Below, in pieces: positions 8,939 through 14,797 of a stretch of 63,612 bases of DNA (its first letter is position 1; every line of letters starts with the position of its first letter). This stretch comes from Alphaproteobacteria bacterium (lineage in GTDB: Bacteria; Pseudomonadota; Alphaproteobacteria; CAAGCB01; CAG-977). The notes under the pieces were generated by a model. The model searched no databases. It had not been told where the DNA came from and saw only the letters and a list, made by a program, of their open reading frames with translations. Position numbers and translations under genes: made by a program. The stretch lies in the NCBI GenBank assembly GCA_051888155.1, contig JBJFAY010000098.1, positions 1-63,612 on the forward strand. The letters run 5' to 3'.

Positions 8939-9901
8939 CTATAATAAGTTTAATAAGTACCCGGTTATAATAAAGGCAGTCATCAGATATCCGATAAATA
9001 TACCCAGCAGCCTGTACGTAAATACTTTTTTCAACATCATCATTTCAGGCAAAGAAATCGCAGCAATACTCATAAAAGCGGCCAAAGCCGTTCCGATCGG
9101 GACTCCCTTCATTAACAGAACTTGGATTAAGGGAACGACGCCGGCTTGTGAAGCATAAAGCGGAATACCCGCAATCACTGCGGACGGGACGGCCCAAATA
9201 TTGTCAGCGCCCATATACTTGACAAAAAGTTCTTGCGGAATATAACCGTGAATAAAAGCGCCGATCGCAAGACCGACTACAATATAAAGAAATAAAGATC
9301 TTACCGTATTAATGGCAAAATTGTTTGCATATTTAATTAAAGCCGCCGTTTTTTCTTTTATATTTTTGCAATTACACATCTGAGGAATAGCCGGAATAAT
9401 TTTAAGAATCAAATAACGTTCCATATTAAATTTATCCGCTAAATATCCGGCTAAAACTGAAATGATTGTTCCGGATATAATATAAACGGACACAATATAA
9501 ATACCGTATTTTCCCATAGACAGCAGCATAAAAGCCGCAATTTCACTGATCAAAGGAGAACTGACCAAAAACGCCGTACTTACACCGAAAGGAACGCCGG
9601 CCGCTAAAAACCCCATAAATAAAGGGATTGACGAACAAGAACAAAACGGCGTAACAGCTCCGAGGAACACGGCGAAGAAATAGCCGCCTCTGCGAGATTT
9701 CCCGGATAAACAATTTCTGACTTTTTCAGGATTTAATTGTGAACGGAATAAAGAAACAAAAAAGATTAACACATAAAGCAAAACAAAAATTTTGCTACAG
9801 TCTTCAATAAAGAAATGAACTGCCTGCCCGAAATGAGTATCCGGAGATATTCTCATTCGAGCAACAGACCAATCTGCAAGTTTTGTAAAAATTGCTAACA
9901 C
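8939..9901 (-). CDS. ArsP/DUF318-type permease
   Basis: Polytopic membrane protein with Cys clusters (FCSCSSIPLF, CNCK). Overlaps the arsR-like stop. Confidence 0.7.
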   Translation of the reverse strand: MLAIFTKLADWSVARMRISPDTHFGQAVHFFIEDCSKIFVLLYVLIFFVSLFRSQLNPEKVRNCLSGKSRRGGYFFAVFLGAVTPFCSCSSIPLFMGFLAAGVPFGVSTAFLVSSPLISEIAAFMLLSMGKYGIYIVSVYIISGTIISVLAGYLADKFNMERYLILKIIPAIPQMCNCKNIKEKTAALIKYANNFAINTVRSLFLYIVVGLAIGAFIHGYIPQELFVKYMGADNIWAVPSAVIAGIPLYASQAGVVPLIQVLLMKGVPIGTALAAFMSIAAISLPEMMMLKKVFTYRLLGIFIGYLMTAFIITGYLLNLL

Positions 9902-10224
9902 CCGCCATTCTCCTCACAGCAATCGGCCAACAAGAAACGAACAATTTCTTTAACCAAACAACAGCATGGCTTATAAAACACTTTTTTTCCGATTTTTTCT
10001 GATTTGCATAAACCGGCATTTTCTAACAGACTGATATGAAAACACAAAGTTGTCCGCGGCATATTTCCCAATTTTTCTGCCAATTCTCCTTGATTCAGAC
10101 CATTTTTGCTGTTTTTAACCAACAAATGGAAAATAGCTAACCTTGTTTCATTACCCAAAGCATCAAATGCCATAATAATTTGTTCGTTTTTCATGGATTT
10201 TCCCGATTTTGAAAGCCTATCCAT
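9895..10224 (-). CDS. ArsR/SmtB family metalloregulator
   Basis: ALGNETRLAIFHLL winged-HTH core and a C-terminal Cys cluster (CCCLV...DCCEENGGC). The start could instead be ATG 10194. Confidence 0.75.
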   Translation of the reverse strand: MDRLSKSGKSMKNEQIIMAFDALGNETRLAIFHLLVKNSKNGLNQGELAEKLGNMPRTTLCFHISLLENAGLCKSEKIGKKVFYKPCCCLVKEIVRFLLADCCEENGGC

Positions 10225-10230
10225 TTCTAT

Positions 10231-10250
10231 ATAACTAGAAATATAGTTAT
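10231..10250. promoter_or_regulatory. Candidate ArsR operator: perfect inverted repeat ATAACTA-N6-TAGTTAT
   Basis: Read directly from the sequence, immediately upstream of the arsR-like ORF. Confidence 0.45.
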
Positions 10251-10571
10251 TAAAAAAATAGTCAAGAATATTTTTCAGCTTTAGATGCTGAACTTTTCAA
10301 AACCAAGCGAATCATTATGCCATGATATGCGGGAAAGACGCGAATCATCACCTTTCTTATTACAATAAAAAGTACATAATTAAATATGAATTTTTACACT
10401 CTGTTTTAGACCGCTTACCATGCGAAGCGAGTCTAAAAACAAATGTAGAAAAGAGCTTTAAGAACTCTTTAAAAGTCCGTTTTTGCCAGTCTAAAAATGA
10501 TTGTCAAAAAGTCTAAATATAATTGTCGCGCCACACTCCTGCGGGGCTTCTAATCCCGGTTCACCTAAAAT

Positions 10572-10607
10572 AAAAAAAACCACCCTCACGGGTGGATTTT
10601 TTTATTT
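10572..10607. terminator. Intrinsic terminator downstream of tRNA-Glu
   Basis: CCACCC-TCAC-GGGTGG hairpin flanked by A8 and a T-rich run. Confidence 0.6.
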
Positions 10608-10683
10608 TGGCGACCCCAGGGGGATTCGAACCCCCGTTACCGCCGTGAAAGGGCGATGTCCTAGGCCTCTAGACGATGGGGTC
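10608..10683 (-). tRNA. tRNA-Glu (anticodon UUC)
   Basis: The minus strand reads GACCCCATCGTCTAGAGGCCTAGGACATCGCCCTTTCACGGCGGTAACGGGGGTTCGAATCCCCCTGGGGTCGCCA. It has a 7-bp acceptor stem, anticodon loop CUUUCAC, T-loop GGTTCGAATCC and an encoded CCA. Confidence 0.95.
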
Positions 10684-10764
10684 ATCGTGTCAAGTCGGCT
10701 TATATATAAAGATTATCCGGCCGGCCGTCAACACATTTTACACATAAAACGCATTTTTTTTACT

Positions 10765-11454
10765 TTAATCATAATTCCGCATCAAACCAACCAGCTTTCC
10801 CTGAATCGTTATGCGCTCGGAACTGTATGTCCGCGTTTCATAATCCTTATTGCACGGTTCCAGCAAAACGGCATTCCCCTTGCGTCTGATCTTTTTCAGC
10901 GTTACTTCACACCCGTCAACCAAAGCAACCGCAATTTCTCCGTTTTCTACCGAGTTTGTCCGCCGGATAATAACCGTGTCTCCGTCTAAAATCCCGGCGT
11001 CAATCATCGAATCGCCCGCAACCGTCAAAGCATAATGCTCCCCGTTGCCGATCATATTCGCCGGAACGGCCACCGTTTCATTACTGCGCAAAGCTTCAAT
11101 CGGCGTACCGGCCGCAATCTTGCCATAACGCGGCAATTCAACCGAATTGGCCGCCAGATTTTCGCTTAAACGCGAAAAAGACCGAGTCGTCTGTCTGTTG
11201 ACCAGATCTCTGGCCGACATAACCTGACATTCCCCCTGATTGTCCGGCAGGCGCAAAACCTCCAGAGCTCTGGCCCGATTCGGCAGACGGCGGATAAATC
11301 CGCGTTCTTCCAAACCGGAAATCAAACGGTGAATCCCTGATTTGGATTTCAAACCTATCGCCTCTTTCATTTCTTCAAATGACGGAGAAACGCCGTCTTC
11401 ACGCAAACGCTTTTCGATTAACATCAGCAGTTGGTATTGTCTTTTCGTCAGCAT
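10765..11454 (-). CDS. lexA: LexA repressor
   Basis: N-terminal wHTH (LTKRQYQLLMLIEKRL...SPSFEEM) and S24 peptidase motifs (VAGDSMIDAGILDGD, K in LKKI). Confidence 0.9.
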   Translation of the reverse strand: MLTKRQYQLLMLIEKRLREDGVSPSFEEMKEAIGLKSKSGIHRLISGLEERGFIRRLPNRARALEVLRLPDNQGECQVMSARDLVNRQTTRSFSRLSENLAANSVELPRYGKIAAGTPIEALRSNETVAVPANMIGNGEHYALTVAGDSMIDAGILDGDTVIIRRTNSVENGEIAVALVDGCEVTLKKIRRKGNAVLLEPCNKDYETRTYSSERITIQGKLVGLMRNYD

Positions 11455-11484
11455 AAAACCTCCGCGAACAAAGTTTCTCTTTTT

Positions 11485-11499
11485 GTTCTACTTTAGTTC
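11485..11499. promoter_or_regulatory. Alphaproteobacterial-type SOS box GTTC-N7-GTTC upstream of lexA
   Basis: GTTCTACTTTAGTTC lies 31 nt upstream of the lexA start codon. Confidence 0.65.
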
Positions 11500-11576
11500 T
11501 TTATTTTTATCAAGAAAATTTTTAATCTTTTCACATATATTTTCAAAGAAAACATATTTGCCGGAGTCTTTTAAGT

Positions 11577-12569
11577 TTGTTTTTTATCCGTTTTTTTGTT
11601 TATTTCATTTTGTTTTTTTACGGGTCGGCCGCCTTTGCCGTTTCCCCTTGGGGCAGCATGGATTCCCCGCCGCGGGCAGCATTAAAAGGCGTCTGGGGAA
11701 ATGAAAATCCAATTTCCGAAAATGACGAAAAAGACGCTTTCACTGTCGCGGGATTGTTTTTTACCGATAAAGAAGAATCAGACGAAGAGATTCCTCTGCC
11801 GCCGTGGCTGGAATACGCCGTTGCCATACCGGACGTTGATGAAAACAGCCCGATGATTGCGATTGTTATTGACGACTTGGGCGTCAACCGGAAAATGACA
11901 AAAGAAGTTCTGGCTTTGCCGGGGCCATTAACAGCTTCTTTTTTGTATTATGCCGACGATTTGCCCGGTCAGACACAAAAGGCCAGAGCGGCCGGGCATG
12001 AACTGTTGGTGCATACGCCGATGGAACCGGTTAACGCCAAATTCGACCCCGGACCGGGGGCTTTACGTACGGGAATGACGGCGGAAGAAATAAAAGACAG
12101 GTTGAATTTGATGCTGGATTCATTTCCCGGATATGTCGGCATTAACAACCATATGGGCAGCCGTTTTACCGCCGACAGCCGGGCGATGCAAACCGTTATG
12201 GAAGAAGTTGAAAAAAGAGGATTGCTTTTTTTGGATTCCTTGACTTCCAACCGCAGTATCGCCAAAAAAATCGCTCAGGAAAAAAATATTCCCTACGCCG
12301 TCCGTAATGTTTTTTTAGACAATTCGCAAAACGAGCGGGAAATAATGAAACAGCTTTTTTTGCTGGAAAAGCATGCCCGCAGACACCGTTTTGCCGTCGG
12401 GATCGGCCACCCGCACAAAGCGACGCTCAACGCTTTAAAAAAATGGATCCCGCAGGCAAAACAAAAAGGATTCGTTTTCGTACCGGTCAGTATGATCGCC
12501 GTTTATTTACAGGACGAAACACAATCTGAAAATATCGGGGCTTTAAATCTTCACGACGAATGGGAATAA
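11577..12569 (+). CDS. Divergent polysaccharide deacetylase (YibQ-like) family protein
   Basis: IAIVIDDLG, HTPME, NNHMGS and GIGHPH blocks plus an N-terminal TM segment. The listed start is TTG, so the exact start is uncertain. Confidence 0.7.
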   Translation: MFFIRFFVYFILFFYGSAAFAVSPWGSMDSPPRAALKGVWGNENPISENDEKDAFTVAGLFFTDKEESDEEIPLPPWLEYAVAIPDVDENSPMIAIVIDDLGVNRKMTKEVLALPGPLTASFLYYADDLPGQTQKARAAGHELLVHTPMEPVNAKFDPGPGALRTGMTAEEIKDRLNLMLDSFPGYVGINNHMGSRFTADSRAMQTVMEEVEKRGLLFLDSLTSNRSIAKKIAQEKNIPYAVRNVFLDNSQNEREIMKQLFLLEKHARRHRFAVGIGHPHKATLNALKKWIPQAKQKGFVFVPVSMIAVYLQDETQSENIGALNLHDEWE

Positions 12570-12571
12570 AA

Positions 12572-12961
12572 TTATTCCAATGTGACGCTGTCCAGACTTC
12601 CCGGTTCTTCCCCCAATAAAATCGCTAAATTTTTCAGATATCTCAATCCGTTGTATTTTCTGTATTCTTCAATAGAGGCTTCTTTTTTAGCCGCCTCAAC
12701 GGCTTCATCAGCTTTGGGCAGCATCATGGGCAGAAAAGTAACAGCCCCGCTGACCGGTTCGCGCTGGATTTCCAGCCAGCCGTTTGTCAAAGAAAATAAA
12801 TATGTCGCAATAGAAGACGGTTCTTTTACGATTTTTACTTTTAACCCGGAAAAATTATGCCGCAAAAGCATTTCATGAGGTTCTACATACTGCGTTGTAA
12901 AAATGCCGCGCACGTCAGTATCTAAAAAATCATTAATCATAATTACGGGCAATTCGGGCAT
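12572..12961 (-). CDS. Hypothetical protein
   Basis: Start at MPELPVIM is preceded by AAAGGAGGAAAAAA. I recognised no family. Confidence 0.5.
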   Translation of the reverse strand: MPELPVIMINDFLDTDVRGIFTTQYVEPHEMLLRHNFSGLKVKIVKEPSSIATYLFSLTNGWLEIQREPVSGAVTFLPMMLPKADEAVEAAKKEASIEEYRKYNGLRYLKNLAILLGEEPGSLDSVTLE

Positions 12962-12974
12962 TTTTTCCTCCTTT

Positions 12975-13166
12975 TTAAAAACGGATTCCATTATACGAAA
13001 AACAGGAAAAAAAACAAAATAAAAGCTCCGGATATTGTTTACCGAAGCTTTTTCTGTATTTTTCCCGGCGGGAATATATTTTTTTGTTTTTTATTACTCT
13101 TTTTTTGTATTTTCCGGAACAAAGCAGTTCATACGCGACCGGATCTCTCTTTTTCTTTGGTTTCAT
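12975..13166 (-). CDS. ArfA-like alternative ribosome-rescue factor (candidate)
   Basis: MKPKKKRDPVAYELLCSGKYKKRVIKNKKIYSRREKYRK... resembles the ArfA core (..A.E.LL...F+.[12 protein letters not shown].RK). It has a hydrophobic C-terminal tail, an AAGGAA ribosome-binding site and an in-ORF terminator. Confidence 0.5.
   Translation of the reverse strand: MKPKKKRDPVAYELLCSGKYKKRVIKNKKIYSRREKYRKSFGKQYPELLFCFFSCFSYNGIRF
12999..13052 (-). terminator. Intrinsic terminator located inside the ArfA-like ORF
   Basis: 11-bp stem (13021-13031 pairs with 13042-13052) with a 10-nt loop. It is fully paired on the minus-strand RNA (one G-U) but has a C-A mismatch on the plus strand. A U-rich tract follows on the minus strand (13020 down to about 12999). 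Confidence 0.6.
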
Positions 13167-13296
13167 CAAACATTCCTTTCTTTTCACAAACACATAAAAA
13201 TATTGAACAAATTAAATAAAGAGTCAACATCTTGCGCAAGAAAACGATTTACTCTTCGTTTAAGGAGTATATCCACTGCAAAACCGGAGGAAAACC

Positions 13297-14256
13297 ATGA
13301 ACAAAAAGACGGGAGAAATCTTATTTCTTTTAAGTATAGCTTCATTTTTTTGTATGGGCATTACCGTTTCAAACGCCACGCCGAAAACGCACAAATTCAG
13401 CACGACCATTGAAAAAGAACGCCCGCAGTTAAACGAAGAAACCAGACGCCTGATCGCGGCTTACCGTGAAAATCCGACAGAAGAAAACCGCGCCGCATTA
13501 AGAAAACAGGTTGAGAAGAACTATGACAATGTCATAGCCCGCAAAACAGCCAAGCTGGAAGAATTAAAACAAACGGCTCGGCACAAATCCAAGATCCTTG
13601 AAATGCAGGAAATTGTTGATGAAGTTATCCGGGACAAAGAAAACCGCATTGAACAAAGTATGCGCCGTTTTACCGATCCGCGTTTGCGCCCCGGCGTGCG
13701 TCAGGCCAAAGACGGATATCTGCCCGTTTTGGGTGCGGCGCAAGATGTTGAAATTGCCAACACGCCGGTAACAAAAGAGGAATACGCCGTTTTTTTAAAA
13801 CAAACCGGCAAACCTGAACAACCGTTTTCCGAATATGAAGCCAAATACCCCGTCACAAACATTTCCTATCATGACGCTGCCGCATACGCCCGATGGCTTT
13901 CCGAACAAGATGAAAGAACAACCTATCGCCTGCCGACCGAAAAAGAATGGGAATTAGCCGCCGGCCATATGCCCAAAGACGCAGATTTTAATAACGGTAT
14001 TCAAATGACGACAAGCGCCGTAGACGCTTATAAAGACACTTTATCGGCCAGCGGCGCGATTGACATGTGGGGGAACTGTTGGGAATGGACGTCAACGTCC
14101 AGAAACGACGCTGGTAAAGCGGTCAAAGGCGGATCTTTTGATTCGCCGCGCATGAAATGCCGCACGGAAGAACGCGAAGAAAGCCGCGATCCGGCCAAAG
14201 GATATAACAACGTTTGCTTTCGCCTGATTCGGGAAAGACAAAATCAGCCTTTTTAA
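13297..14256 (+). CDS. Secreted formylglycine-generating-enzyme (SUMF1/FGE) domain protein
   Basis: Signal peptide and coiled-coil N-terminal half. The C-terminal half has YPVTNISYHDAAAYARWLS, WEWT, GGSF and CFRL blocks. Confidence 0.7.
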   Translation: MNKKTGEILFLLSIASFFCMGITVSNATPKTHKFSTTIEKERPQLNEETRRLIAAYRENPTEENRAALRKQVEKNYDNVIARKTAKLEELKQTARHKSKILEMQEIVDEVIRDKENRIEQSMRRFTDPRLRPGVRQAKDGYLPVLGAAQDVEIANTPVTKEEYAVFLKQTGKPEQPFSEYEAKYPVTNISYHDAAAYARWLSEQDERTTYRLPTEKEWELAAGHMPKDADFNNGIQMTTSAVDAYKDTLSASGAIDMWGNCWEWTSTSRNDAGKAVKGGSFDSPRMKCRTEEREESRDPAKGYNNVCFRLIRERQNQPF

Positions 14257-14272
14257 TTTAAGGAGAAAAATT

Positions 14273-14599
14273 ATGAAAAAACTATTCATTTTTGCCTTAC
14301 TGGGATTATTGACCGCCGGATTCAATTCCCCTGCGCTTGCCGAAGAAAACAGCACAACAGAAACCACTGCAGAACAAAGAGACGGGCTAAAGGAAGGGTT
14401 AAAAGAAGGACATAAAAAAGCCCCGGACGATATGAAAGAAGGAATGAAAGACGGCCTGAAATACGGATTAAAAGACGGATTAAAGGAAGGATTGAAAGAC
14501 GGCGACAAAAAGAACGCCGCGGCTTCTAAACCCGTCCGAAAGAAAAAATTAAAGCAAGGACTGAAAAACAGCCATAAAAATATTGAATCCGCAGAATAA
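14273..14599 (+). CDS. Small secreted protein built from (K/E)(D/E)GL(K) repeats
   Basis: Signal peptide, then KEGLKEGHKK...MKEGMKDGLKYGLKDGLKEGLKDG. AGGAGA ribosome-binding site. Confidence 0.6.
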   Translation: MKKLFIFALLGLLTAGFNSPALAEENSTTETTAEQRDGLKEGLKEGHKKAPDDMKEGMKDGLKYGLKDGLKEGLKDGDKKNAAASKPVRKKKLKQGLKNSHKNIESAE

Positions 14600-14684
14600 C
14601 CGATATCATCAAAGCTCCCTTGCTCGCTTTTTTAACGACATGGGGGCTTTTTTGTATTTCATTTATTTCCTTATTAAAACAAAA

Positions 14685-14710
14685 GCCTCCGGCGGTTTTC
14701 CGCCGGAGAC
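14685..14710. terminator. Bidirectional intrinsic terminator between the repeat-protein gene and ppdK
   Basis: CTCCGGCGG-TTTT-CCGCCGGAG hairpin with T-rich runs on both strands. Confidence 0.6.
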
Positions 14711-14732
14711 TTATTCTTTGCCTTTCCTGTTC

Positions 14733-14797
14733 GGAGAACGTCCCGTCCCTACGGCGAGTAGCCCCGCCGGAAGGGCGTTGTCCCCGCACGGGGAGTG
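14733..14797 (-). repeat. GC-rich mini-hairpin repeat cluster (REP-like) starting immediately after the ppdK stop codon
   Basis: The minus strand reads TAG|CACTCCCCGTGCGGGGACAACGCCCTTCCGGCGGGGCTACTCGCCGTAGGGACGGGACGTT. The same unit types occur at 49433-49530. Confidence 0.7.

Noticed and set aside
7013-10683. Considered calling a tRNA-Glu-integrated genomic island
   Set aside because: There is no integrase or recombinase gene, and I could not find a direct repeat of the tRNA 3' end at the distal side (around 6960-7020). I report it only as an AT-rich accessory patch.
10501-10989. 162-codon plus-strand ORF
   Set aside because: It runs through the tRNA-Glu gene and is antisense to lexA, so it is not credible as coding.
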